The translations under genes and the position numbers were made by a program. 35,657 nt of DNA. Origin: a virus. Below are positions 1-8,748 of the stretch, one piece after another (position 1 is the first letter of the stretch; every line of letters starts with the position of its first letter). The notes below the pieces were generated by a model that saw only the letters and a program-made list of their open reading frames with translations, had not been told where the DNA came from and ran no database searches. The stretch lies in the IMG/VR virus record IMGVR_UViG_3300020169_000003; one strand, 5' to 3'.

Positions 1-127
1 TCCGTACAGCGCACACATTTGTAGCTGCTGCATCTTATTTCTCACGTCTTGCAGCCGCAGGTGACACTACGCACGTAGCCTACAAGCAACCGCTGACGAA
101 TTACATTACGTCACTTGTTGAACTTGG
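1..127. repeat. Terminal direct repeat, copy 1 (identical to 35531..35657): circular-assembly overlap or terminal redundancy
   Basis: The string tccgtacagcgcacacatttgtagctgctg...tcacttgttgaacttgg is read at both ends of the window. The copies match over the full 127 nt by direct comparison. Confidence 0.95.
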
Positions 128-746
128 TGGTGCTTACTGGGATACAATGGAATCCGCTGCATCCTTCGTAGGTGTAGGTATTCAAGGTATTACTGTTCCT
201 CTACGTGACGGTATGCCTGTCCCTACGCAAAATAACTTTGTTGCAGGTGACTTGGATCAATTGACTGGTCTCAAGGGTGATGCCTCGACTAAGTATTTGG
301 GGACTGGAGTAAATGAAGGATCATTGTCTCAAAACGACTCTTCCATATCTGTATACCTAACGACAGATCGTGACGTAACTCCTACTTCATCATACATTGG
401 CGGAACTATTGGAGTTTTTGCCATTGTAGATAATGCGACTGGATTTAGGTCAAGGCATATGAGTTCGTCACTGCAGACTAATGGAACATCAACTGCTGTT
501 GGTGGAATTATTGGCATATCTCGTGACAATTCCAGTGATTACGATTGGCGTGACGTAGACGCAAGTGGAACAAATATTGATACATCAACAAGTCAGGGCA
601 ATCTTGCAGTTGAAGTGTTTGCATCTAATGGCGGAAGTTTTCTTTGCTCGGCTCGCCTAGCAACTTATCACGCTGGCCCTGCACTTGACCTTGCAACCTT
701 AGAAGGTCTGCAAGACACCCTAATCACAGAAATCGCAGCAATTTAA
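3..746 (+). CDS. C-terminal half (module B) of a junction-spanning 504-aa two-module structural protein; continues from 34762..35657
   Basis: Frame 3 is open from base 3 (RTAHTFVAAASYFSRL...) to the TAA at 744..746. After removing the 127-nt overlap it is in phase with the ORF that runs off the 3' end. The track ORF 147..746 is only the internal-Met part. Confidence 0.8.
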   Translation, partial: RTAHTFVAAASYFSRLAAAGDTTHVAYKQPLTNYITSLVELGGAYWDTMESAASFVGVGIQGITVPLRDGMPVPTQNNFVAGDLDQLTGLKGDASTKYLGTGVNEGSLSQNDSSISVYLTTDRDVTPTSSYIGGTIGVFAIVDNATGFRSRHMSSSLQTNGTSTAVGGIIGISRDNSSDYDWRDVDASGTNIDTSTSQGNLAVEVFASNGGSFLCSARLATYHAGPALDLATLEGLQDTLITEIAAI

Positions 747-748
747 TT

Positions 749-1066
749 ATGACCCCATCAGAATATCTACTAACTAATCCTACGTCTGACGAACACAGCT
801 ACAACTATCTGCTGATTCCTGCAGAACTGCGGGACTCAATGATCGCCAAGCAGGACACCTTGACTACTAGCAATCATATCAGCCCAGTGCTGTTGATTGA
901 CGGACGCTACGGTGCTTGCTGTGACCTCTACACAGAGGTCGGCGTAGGCGGCATCTACCACGAACTATGGGAGATGCTTGACCAAGCTAAACTGGATGAA
1001 TGCGAAGTCGTAGACAAAGATACATTCCTGGCACTGCTACCACCTGACCCAGAACCTGAAGTATAA
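749..1066 (+). CDS. Hypothetical protein (105 aa)
   Basis: Track ORF, tightly packed in the plus-strand structural arm, with an acidic C-terminus (PPDPEPEV). No motif recognised. Confidence 0.6.
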   Translation: MTPSEYLLTNPTSDEHSYNYLLIPAELRDSMIAKQDTLTTSNHISPVLLIDGRYGACCDLYTEVGVGGIYHELWEMLDQAKLDECEVVDKDTFLALLPPDPEPEV

Positions 1067-1233
1067 TGCAGGACATTATTTACAAGTCAACTATTGGCAC
1101 AGGGGGCTTTGTCGCTACTATCGAATTGAATAGCATTAACGAAATTCTAGGACTAGTTGTGGGTCTTGCTACTCTAGTCTATATGACTGCATCGGCAGTC
1201 AAGGTAATCAAGGAACTCATAGACAAGGATTAA
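1066..1233 (+). CDS. Small membrane protein (55 aa), holin-like candidate
   Basis: Below the track cutoff. The ATG shares its A with the upstream TAA (TAATG). Translation: MQDIIYKSTIGTGGFVATIELNSINEILGLVVGLATLVYMTASAVKVIKELIDKD, with one clear hydrophobic helix and a charged tail. The TAA is at 1231..1233, 1 nt before the next start. Confidence 0.5.
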   Translation: MQDIIYKSTIGTGGFVATIELNSINEILGLVVGLATLVYMTASAVKVIKELIDKD

Positions 1234-1234
1234 T

Positions 1235-1630
1235 ATGACACCAGAACTGATAGCAATGCTAGGCGGGGGCGTAAGCGGCTTCGTAATGAAGATGATTGCG
1301 GCACAGGCCGATAATCAAGCACGTCTCTTTGAGCGTATGATTGCTCGTCAGACTGTAGCGGACGAGTCAGCGGACAAGGCAGCAGCTCGTGGTGGTGTCT
1401 ATATGCGTCGTGCAATTACGGCGGCAGTTATCTTTGCCATTGTAATAGCCCCATTTGTCTTCGCATTCACGGACATAGGTGTCAGTATTCAATCAGAATC
1501 CAAAGGCTTCCTAGGGCTATTCAAGAGCCTAGAATGGACTACTGTACAGGGTTTTGTTATCCTACCAGAGATCCGCCAAACAGCTTTAGCCATCGTAGGG
1601 TTCTACTTTGGTTCCTCACAAGTCAAATAA
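1235..1630 (+). CDS. Membrane protein (131 aa), holin/lysis-associated candidate
   Basis: Hydrophobic segments are LGGGVSGFVMKMIAA, AITAAVIFAIVIAPFVFAF and ALAIVGFYFG. It is adjacent to another small TM protein. Confidence 0.55.
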   Translation: MTPELIAMLGGGVSGFVMKMIAAQADNQARLFERMIARQTVADESADKAAARGGVYMRRAITAAVIFAIVIAPFVFAFTDIGVSIQSESKGFLGLFKSLEWTTVQGFVILPEIRQTALAIVGFYFGSSQVK

Positions 1631-1737
1631 CAAATAACAAATAATATTATGTACGGACGAAAAACAAAAAGTGCTGGCAAAGGATCCTGTGGTGAACGTG
1701 GTGGAAAGAAAGGCAAGTAGTGCCTGATAAGTCCAAG

Positions 1738-1965
1738 ATGAAGTGCAACGTACCCCGCCGTGAAGTACAAGGTGGGAAGAAGTTCGTCGTGAAAGCCTGC
1801 CAAGGTGGGACAGAGAAACTCGTACGATTCGGGGATGCTAATATGAGCATCAAGAAGGATCAGCCAAAGCGTAAGAAAAGCTACTGCGCTCGTAGCGGTG
1901 GCATCAAAGGTAAGACTAATAAACTATCAGCTAACTACTGGAGCCGTAAGGCTTGGGACTGCTAA
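1738..1965 (+). CDS. Small basic Cys-containing conserved phage/virus protein (75 aa from ATG 1738; the track uses GTG 1720)
   Basis: MKCNVPRREVQGGKKFVVKA...VRFGDANMSIKKDQPKRKKSYCARSGG...SANYWSRKAWDC. The pattern K-C-N-x-P-R ... V-R-F-G-D-x-x-M-x-I-K ... R-K-x-S-x-x-A-R ... Y-W-S resembles a widely distributed uncharacterised viral family, recalled from memory and not verified. Confidence 0.55.
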   Translation: MKCNVPRREVQGGKKFVVKACQGGTEKLVRFGDANMSIKKDQPKRKKSYCARSGGIKGKTNKLSANYWSRKAWDC

Positions 1966-1974
1966 AATAATATA

Positions 1975-4752
1975 ATGCCTGAATACCGCACATACGGAGC
2001 ACAAGACGATAGGATTCTAGAGGACCTCGATATGGGGTACACTGGGTTTAATGACTATCTACGTCCCGATCAACTAGAGCGTGGCCTATTAGCTTCTAGT
2101 AAAAACGGTAGACTTGGTCTTAACGGTGAGTGGCAGGTTAGACCAGGGATTGATTTAGTAGCCGCTCCTTTTGCTAGTGGTGACGATGTCCTTCGACTTC
2201 CAACTACTTCCGAATTAGAAGCAGTTCCTCCAGTTGTTGGCTTACTGCCAACTACAATTAGGTCCGCTTCCTTAACTACGAATGTAGTTACTATTGTTAT
2301 TGATGACCCAGCCGTTGAGCCAGGTCACGTGTTCATTGTTGGGGACGAGATTACAGTCAGCGGTATTGAATTTGGGGCGGACACAAATCCCAACGGAACT
2401 TTTATACTAACTTCCGTAACAGATAACACTGGAACAATATCCCTTACATATGATTTAGTTGGAGGAGATGCAACATATACTTTGCCAGTTGCTTTGCCTC
2501 AAGTCCTTCCATTTGCACTAAATGACATCCAAGGTTCGGCAGTCATTGGTTACAATATGCTACTGGATCAAGGAGGAATTTCAGGTGTTTATGCTAGTAC
2601 AGCGTACAGTAATCCAAATGATTCCGCTAGTCAGTGGGTGCTACTAGGGTCAAACGTAAGCGCACTAGCTATTAACCTAGCGGACCCAACAATTACATAT
2701 GACCTTCCGTACAAAAAGGGAGAAACAGCACCTCCGCTATCGGATATGATTCAAGCCTTTAACAAGGTGTTCTTGTTTCGTGACGGACAGACTGCGCTAG
2801 AATGGGACGGAAGCTTTTTGCCTGTAGCAGTAACTGACCTAGTTGTTGATGGTACTTATTCTATTACTGATTTGGGTGACACGACTCAATTGCAGTGGAA
2901 TACAATCGCTGGAACTTCGGGCATAACTTATGCAGTAAATGATACCATTACGGTTGATGCTGTAGGCACAGGAACGGGTACAGCCCGTTCTGGATTTACA
3001 CCAGTAAAGAGTGGTAAGTACACTCAGCCAGTTCAGATTGATTGCTTGCCTGGAGAGTTTGCTATTACTAATAGTATCGCTTCAGTTTCTGGATCTCACG
3101 ATGTAAAGGTTGGGGATGATATTACTGTAATGTCAGCAAGTATTAGCGGAGCAACAGACGCAGACTCTGGGCTAAGCATTGGTCAGGACTACGTTGTAAA
3201 TAAAGTTTACGAATTAAATGCAGGCACTGCCAATATCACTGGTGTTACTGATGCAGAGTTGCAAAACTCAGGAGACTTTGATGGTTTTTATAAATATACT
3301 ATTACTACAGACGTAGCACATAATTTAGTAATCGGTGAACCCATCATTATGGATGGATGGACTCCCAATGGCACTGCATTTAATGGATCATTTTTTGTTC
3401 AAGGGGTTCCAGATTCTTTTAATTTTGTTATCTATACCACTTTTAATGTTAATCCAACTGATGTGTCATATACAAATGCTCGTGTTGGAATTAATGCAGG
3501 CTTTCAGTTTGTGATTGATTCACGCACAGTTAGTACTCACGTAAATGACGGTGCATCTTTATTGACTGATCCTATCTTTACTAAAAAAGTTTCGGTTGGA
3601 CTGGGCTTTACTCATATGCCAGCTCCACCCTATGCGACCTATCACCAGCGTAGACTGGTTATGCCATATCGCTATTCGGTTGATGATCCAGAAGGGCAAT
3701 ACACCGTCCGTGATAACCTTGATGAAATTATTGTATCGGACATATTGGACTCAGATACCTATGACCAAATATACAATCAGTACAGGTTCAATGCTGGAAC
3801 GGCTGACTTTAACGTTGGACTACTGTCCTTTGCGGATGACAAGCTAGTAGTATTTAACCGTAATTCAATTCACTTAGTAGGTGGCAGCAGCCCTGCAAAC
3901 TCAAGTGTTCAATTAATTACAAATGAAGTAGGTTGCTTGGCCCGTAGGACAATTGTTCAAATTGGTAACAACGTAATGTTCCTATCTGACAATGGTGTAT
4001 ACGGAGCAAACTTCCAGGATCTGTACAACCTTCGTGGTAGCGAACTACCGCTAAGTAGTAGCATCCAGACTACCATTGATAAGATTAATCGTCAGCACTG
4101 GGATCAGTCCGTGGCTGTTTACTTTAACAATCGCTATTACATTGCGGTTCCAACTGACGGAAGCACCGTCAATAATACTATCCTTGTTTTTAACTTTATC
4201 AACAAGCAGTGGGAGTCCGTAGATAGCACGTCTGACGTGGACTGGGACATTGAGAACCTGATCGTAGCTGGTAAGAAAAGTGATCGTGCGGTATACGCAG
4301 TGAATGCCCTTGGAGGGCTTCACAGGGTTGATGCTCGCCCTGATGGCGTTGATCGACTGGCTACTACCATTCCAGTTCAAGGCGAACAGGAGGGCGTTAT
4401 CTACAGTATTCCTGCTGAAGTAACTACCCGTCAGTTTACCTTTAATGACTTCGGTCGTAAACGCTGGAGTGAATTTGAGATGCACGTGCAGTCCAGTGCA
4501 TCAGAGCAATCTGACTTTGATATTTCAGCGGAAGTAGAAAACATTGACGCAGAGGTAAATCTTAATACATTGAGTTCATACATTGGTGGAAGTCTCGAAA
4601 TTGACGAAGATGTTTCCATCCGTGGTAGAATAGGTAACCGCCGAGGATACGGCATTCAATTTACAATTAATAATACACAGGGTCGCCCAAGAGTCCGAGG
4701 AATCAAAGTCTCTGGAGCAACTGCATCAAGATCAACAACTAGCGTACAATAA
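1975..4752 (+). CDS. Large tail protein (925 aa), nozzle / tail-tubular-B-like candidate
   Basis: Called on size and position upstream of the fibres. The C-terminal part (VVFNRNSIHLVGGSS...VGCLARRTIVQIGNNVMFLSDNGVYG...NNRYYIAVP...ILVFNF) looks like a beta-propeller tail/stabilisation protein. The N-terminal part carries three copies of a 'G(D/E)xIxVxG...NGxF' repeat. Confidence 0.5.
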   Translation: MPEYRTYGAQDDRILEDLDMGYTGFNDYLRPDQLERGLLASSKNGRLGLNGEWQVRPGIDLVAAPFASGDDVLRLPTTSELEAVPPVVGLLPTTIRSASLTTNVVTIVIDDPAVEPGHVFIVGDEITVSGIEFGADTNPNGTFILTSVTDNTGTISLTYDLVGGDATYTLPVALPQVLPFALNDIQGSAVIGYNMLLDQGGISGVYASTAYSNPNDSASQWVLLGSNVSALAINLADPTITYDLPYKKGETAPPLSDMIQAFNKVFLFRDGQTALEWDGSFLPVAVTDLVVDGTYSITDLGDTTQLQWNTIAGTSGITYAVNDTITVDAVGTGTGTARSGFTPVKSGKYTQPVQIDCLPGEFAITNSIASVSGSHDVKVGDDITVMSASISGATDADSGLSIGQDYVVNKVYELNAGTANITGVTDAELQNSGDFDGFYKYTITTDVAHNLVIGEPIIMDGWTPNGTAFNGSFFVQGVPDSFNFVIYTTFNVNPTDVSYTNARVGINAGFQFVIDSRTVSTHVNDGASLLTDPIFTKKVSVGLGFTHMPAPPYATYHQRRLVMPYRYSVDDPEGQYTVRDNLDEIIVSDILDSDTYDQIYNQYRFNAGTADFNVGLLSFADDKLVVFNRNSIHLVGGSSPANSSVQLITNEVGCLARRTIVQIGNNVMFLSDNGVYGANFQDLYNLRGSELPLSSSIQTTIDKINRQHWDQSVAVYFNNRYYIAVPTDGSTVNNTILVFNFINKQWESVDSTSDVDWDIENLIVAGKKSDRAVYAVNALGGLHRVDARPDGVDRLATTIPVQGEQEGVIYSIPAEVTTRQFTFNDFGRKRWSEFEMHVQSSASEQSDFDISAEVENIDAEVNLNTLSSYIGGSLEIDEDVSIRGRIGNRRGYGIQFTINNTQGRPRVRGIKVSGATASRSTTSVQ

Positions 4753-4754
4753 TT

Positions 4755-5384
4755 ATGGCGGATATTACAATTACCCCAGCAGGGTTACCATTCGGCGGAA
4801 CTGATACCGTAACTTCAACTCGGCTTAATGAAGCCCGTAACCCTACGGCTGCCTTGGATGCAGGAACCATAGTCAACGCAGACGTGTCAGCTACTGCTGA
4901 TATTTCAGGCAGCAAACTTGCCAATACAAGCGTGACCTTTGCAAAGCTTGATGATGTCATCGACGATGACACAATGGGTACTGCCACTAATACTACTTTA
5001 GCTACTTCGGAAAGCATTAAAGCTTATGTTGATGAATACGCTATGAAGTACAGCACTGCCACCGGGACCATAAGTATTGGCATTGCGTGGGCAAACTGGG
5101 ACCTGTCGGGCACAATTGGAACGCAACGCTGTCTTGTCATTCTCGAATTGTACAATTCGAGCGCTTCGTATAACCTAAATTTCCGCACACCTGGTTCAAA
5201 TAGGACATCCTTTGACGCTCAAAGTAATGCGGGATGGGGAGCATCTGGCGGCATTGTGAGTACTTTATCCAGGGGTTCATCCTTTGCAGTGGTCACTGAC
5301 GCATCTGGTATTATTGAAGTTGAATCCTCATTAGCAGCAACCGCTGTGTCCTATAGGATCTTAGCATACCAAAAACTAGCTTAA
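4755..5384 (+). CDS. Tail fibre / receptor-binding protein paralog 1 (209 aa)
   Basis: Shares the segment 'N(T/A)xVTFAKLxDVIDDDTMxTATxxTLATSESIKxYVD' with the next ORF. The C-terminal ~110 aa is unrelated. Confidence 0.6.
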   Translation: MADITITPAGLPFGGTDTVTSTRLNEARNPTAALDAGTIVNADVSATADISGSKLANTSVTFAKLDDVIDDDTMGTATNTTLATSESIKAYVDEYAMKYSTATGTISIGIAWANWDLSGTIGTQRCLVILELYNSSASYNLNFRTPGSNRTSFDAQSNAGWGASGGIVSTLSRGSSFAVVTDASGIIEVESSLAATAVSYRILAYQKLA

Positions 5385-5421
5385 TGAACCCTTTCCTCCA
5401 ATCAGCTTAACAATTTAAATT

Positions 5422-6039
5422 ATGGCCATTATAAATAAAGGAACAGCTTTCTCCAACGGAGAGCAACTATCAGCAAGCAAGCTTAATGATTTAGTAGATG
5501 GAGCTACCTTTGGTACTGACTCTGTTGATAACGCCAGTACACTGGTAAACGCTAGCGGAGCTATTACAGTTCGGGATAGCGGGATTACTACCGCCAAGAT
5601 TGCAAATGCTAACGTGACTTTTGCGAAGCTTACAGATGTTATTGATGATGATACAATGGCTACAGCTACTGCCGATACTTTGGCTACGTCCGAAAGCATC
5701 AAGTCCTATGTCGATACAACAGTAGATAATCTGCCAAGTCTTAAGGCTCACTGTGTGTGGGACGGCACTTTAACAGGAACAAATGCTCCGATTAGCGGAA
5801 GTGGAGTTGCAAATGTAACTCGTAACGGAAATGGTAATTGGACTATTAATATGTCTGTTTCAGCTCCATCAAGTAGTTTTACAACTCTAGCAAGTTCTCA
5901 AGCTAAGAGTAACGGAACTACTAATAATGCAACTGGTGCGTACTCAACTAGCACTGTAACTGCATTGGTAACCCGTGAGCAAGCTGATGGTTCTGGTGCT
6001 GATGGAGACACGCCAATATCATTCGCTGCTATTTGGTAA
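5422..6039 (+). CDS. Tail fibre / receptor-binding protein paralog 2 (205 aa)
   Basis: Has the same conserved N-terminal ~95 aa as 4755..5384. The C-terminus is Ser/Thr/Asn/Gly-rich and divergent. Confidence 0.6.
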   Translation: MAIINKGTAFSNGEQLSASKLNDLVDGATFGTDSVDNASTLVNASGAITVRDSGITTAKIANANVTFAKLTDVIDDDTMATATADTLATSESIKSYVDTTVDNLPSLKAHCVWDGTLTGTNAPISGSGVANVTRNGNGNWTINMSVSAPSSSFTTLASSQAKSNGTTNNATGAYSTSTVTALVTREQADGSGADGDTPISFAAIW

Positions 6040-6040
6040 T

Positions 6041-6529
6041 ATGAACCCCCGCCTGCAATCAGTACAACTAGCGTTGCAAAACGCTACGCAAAAGGAAGCC
6101 CTTGTTTTTATTGATAAGGTAGTGAACTTCTGTATTGAAGGCCAGAACAGCAAGGTCCTTGAAGGGTGGAGCGAGGATACGATCAGACTTCTCGTTGCGT
6201 ACCATATATCAAAGAATACATTCCTACATACTGAATCCAAGGATGCAGAAATAACTGGAGTTCTGATGTGGTACAATTGTAACTATGAAGACAACTGGAA
6301 ATTTGTTGAAGAATGGCATTTGGATGACAAGAATGGAGATACTGTTTTTCTTGCATTTATGTGGGCATCTAATACTAAAGATTTTAAAAGGCTGATAATG
6401 AATCTGATTGTTAATGAGCCAACTGTATTATCTAAAAAACTCACTAGTCTAAGGACTAAAAACAAACAACCAACTAAAATTGATTACAGCACAAAAGTGT
6501 TTGCTAAGATTTTAAGTTTAAAAGATTAG
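6041..6529 (+). CDS. Hypothetical protein (162 aa) in an AT-rich insert
   Basis: ATG 6041 lies 1 nt after the fibre-2 stop. The track ORF 5975..6529 begins earlier, inside the fibre gene. Hand counts of 60-nt lines give about 27-33% G+C, against the mid-40s in flanking genes. Confidence 0.6.
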   Translation: MNPRLQSVQLALQNATQKEALVFIDKVVNFCIEGQNSKVLEGWSEDTIRLLVAYHISKNTFLHTESKDAEITGVLMWYNCNYEDNWKFVEEWHLDDKNGDTVFLAFMWASNTKDFKRLIMNLIVNEPTVLSKKLTSLRTKNKQPTKIDYSTKVFAKILSLKD

Positions 6530-6538
6530 GAATATATT

Positions 6539-7903
6539 ATGGGAAGCAAAGGAGGAAACGAACCAGAAATGCCAGATCCACGTAAAACTGGGCCAGCTAA
6601 TATGATGGCCGAGTATATGTTTGGATACGGAGCAGGCAAACAACAATACAAGGGAATTACTGACGCAGGATTACAAAGCAGGATTCTTGGGGCTGAAAAA
6701 CAATTTAGACCACAGTACCTAGATTTAGAACTTACTGATTTAAGCAATAGATTGTATGGACTTGAGGCTGGTCGTGAAAACCCAAGAATTCAAACATTAA
6801 ATCAGCAAATTAAGGCTAAACAAGCTGAGAGGCTAAGAGCAATGCGAAGCGGTGAGCCTGTTAAAAAGATAAACCGGCAACTAAGAAGTCTCAGAGAAGC
6901 CCTTGCAGAAACTCCTGAAACCATTGATGAGGCAACTCCAGGTATGTTTGAACTCAGTCGAGCAGCGGCAGAGGAAGCAGGCATAACACAGCGGAGTGAA
7001 GAGGATCTACAACGTGCAGCGGACGTAGGAGCACTTGAGCAGTACGCTCCTCAAGTTGTTGAAGCGTACCGTGAAGCTGATCCTTATAGCACTGGACTTG
7101 CAGAGTCCCAGACTGCTATGGCGCAGGATCTTTACCAACGTGCTCAAGGTTTAAACCCAGAGCAGCAGCGTATAGCTGACCAGCAAGCCTTGCAGATGTC
7201 TCAGCGTGTAGGTCGTATAGGGGATGAAAGCTCTGTAGCTAGTCAGATCCTTGGACGCGAGAACTATCTTTCTGGTTTGCGTTCTGAAGCAGCAGGTATG
7301 GGACAACAGGCTTTTGGTATGAACAAATTAATGGCTGGTGACTCAGGTATGGCTATACTTGGCCGACCAACTCAGTCTGCTGTAGGGGGGTCCGCATTAA
7401 TGGGATCTACTCAAGGTCTGCGTACTGGACCTGCACTGTTTGATCCTAATGCTGGTGTTAATTACGGTATGCAGAACCAAGCGAATATGATGGGACTACA
7501 GGGTGCTCAAGCTCAGGCTGCTGCATCTCGATCCGCTGGTATGTCTGGTATGATTGGACAGATTGCACCCGCAGTACTAGGGAGTGCTAGCAAGTATGCA
7601 GCAGGTAAACTTGCTACTAGCGCAGCCGCTACTGCAGCGGGAGGGGCCGCTAAAGCAGGAATCGGAGCAAAACTCGGTACGATTGGTTTAAAGGCCCTTG
7701 CAATGTTTTGCTGGGTAGCTCGTGAGGTTTACGGAACTGAAACCGACGAGTGGATGAAGTTCCGTGAGTGGATGCTTAACGATGCTCCTAGTTGGTTCCG
7801 TAAGCTTTACATTAAGCACGGCGAACGCTTTGCTAAGTTTATTTCCAATAAGCCTCGTCTTAAAGCAATCATTCGTAAATGGATGGATACAAAAATTAAA
7901 TAG
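6539..7903 (+). CDS. Internal virion / ejection-type protein (454 aa)
   Basis: Its position parallels the T7 gp14-16 block. It has a Gln/Ala/Gly/Met-rich low-complexity centre, a hydrophobic stretch, and the C-terminal motif CWVAREVYGTETDEWMKFREWMLNDAPSWF, which I recall from marine phage structural proteins (unverified). Confidence 0.45.
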   Translation: MGSKGGNEPEMPDPRKTGPANMMAEYMFGYGAGKQQYKGITDAGLQSRILGAEKQFRPQYLDLELTDLSNRLYGLEAGRENPRIQTLNQQIKAKQAERLRAMRSGEPVKKINRQLRSLREALAETPETIDEATPGMFELSRAAAEEAGITQRSEEDLQRAADVGALEQYAPQVVEAYREADPYSTGLAESQTAMAQDLYQRAQGLNPEQQRIADQQALQMSQRVGRIGDESSVASQILGRENYLSGLRSEAAGMGQQAFGMNKLMAGDSGMAILGRPTQSAVGGSALMGSTQGLRTGPALFDPNAGVNYGMQNQANMMGLQGAQAQAAASRSAGMSGMIGQIAPAVLGSASKYAAGKLATSAAATAAGGAAKAGIGAKLGTIGLKALAMFCWVAREVYGTETDEWMKFREWMLNDAPSWFRKLYIKHGERFAKFISNKPRLKAIIRKWMDTKIK

Positions 7904-7905
7904 TT

Positions 7906-8748
7906 ATGGCATTTCAAACAGGATCACAAATCGACCCCCGTCTAATGCAGGCGGATTACAGCGGCTTTACAAACGCCGCTAACATACGAGCGAACGCACT
8001 AGCTAACCTTGGTCAGCAGATTGGTGGGGCTATTGAGTCCTACGGCATCAGGAAGGAGAAGAAGGCTAACCAGAAGCTTAGATACGAATCCATCTTGCCT
8101 TATACAACTCAACAGTTCGGAGCTGAAGAAGGAGAGAAAATGGCACAGCAATTTGCACTTGATCCGGCATTGACATCCCAGGTAATGCAGTTTGCTACAA
8201 TCCAAAAGGATCAAGAAGTTCTCGATAAAGCTCTTGCAGTAAGTACGAATACTGATGGCACGACTGACTGGGGACAAACTGTTCAATCTTATATTGAATT
8301 AGGTGGAAGTGATCCACGGATGGTTGCCGGTCTAGCTTCGGAAGCACGTAAATCCGATCCTAAGGAAGCATTTACTCCATCAGTAATGGAGGTAGATGGC
8401 GTGACATTCGCTATAACCAGTAAGGGAGGTGCTCAAGTTATTAGTACCCCTGACGGTGGTGAGATTAAATTACCGGCAGGTGCTCAATTGACCGAGTACA
8501 AGATTAAAAAACTTGCAGAAGCCAAAGAACTATATAGGTCAGGAGATGCAAGTTCAGCCCAGGACATTATTACTGGTCTAGGACTTCAAGATAAACTAAG
8601 CAACGCACCATTTACTCCAAAGGAAATTTTTCCTGGAGTTGTACCTGAAGTTGTACCCAAAGTTGTTACCCCGGATGGTACTGCAGTTGGTGATGAAGAA
8701 GAGAGCCTTCAAGATATTATTGCCAGAAATCTAACACCAAATCAATAA
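7906..8748 (+). CDS. Internal virion-type protein (280 aa)
   Basis: Track ORF, translationally coupled to its neighbours (TAATG overlap with the next gene). No enzymatic motif seen. Confidence 0.45.
   Translation: MAFQTGSQIDPRLMQADYSGFTNAANIRANALANLGQQIGGAIESYGIRKEKKANQKLRYESILPYTTQQFGAEEGEKMAQQFALDPALTSQVMQFATIQKDQEVLDKALAVSTNTDGTTDWGQTVQSYIELGGSDPRMVAGLASEARKSDPKEAFTPSVMEVDGVTFAITSKGGAQVISTPDGGEIKLPAGAQLTEYKIKKLAEAKELYRSGDASSAQDIITGLGLQDKLSNAPFTPKEIFPGVVPEVVPKVVTPDGTAVGDEEESLQDIIARNLTPNQ

Noticed and set aside
1650-1721. A tiny 23-codon basic ORF (MYGRKTKSAGKGSCGERGGKKGK) and the GTG 1720 start for the following gene.
   Set aside because: It is too short and low-complexity to support from sequence alone. 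For the downstream gene the conserved motif begins at MKCN, so ATG 1738 is preferred. Noted, not called.
4739-5702. The antisense ORFs 4739..5017 and 5415..5702 have similar N-termini (MLSEVAKV.../MMLSDVAKV...).
   Set aside because: They are shadows of the conserved fibre block on the opposite strand. Their similarity simply mirrors the sense-strand paralogy. They also run against the local transcription direction and lack start-site signals.
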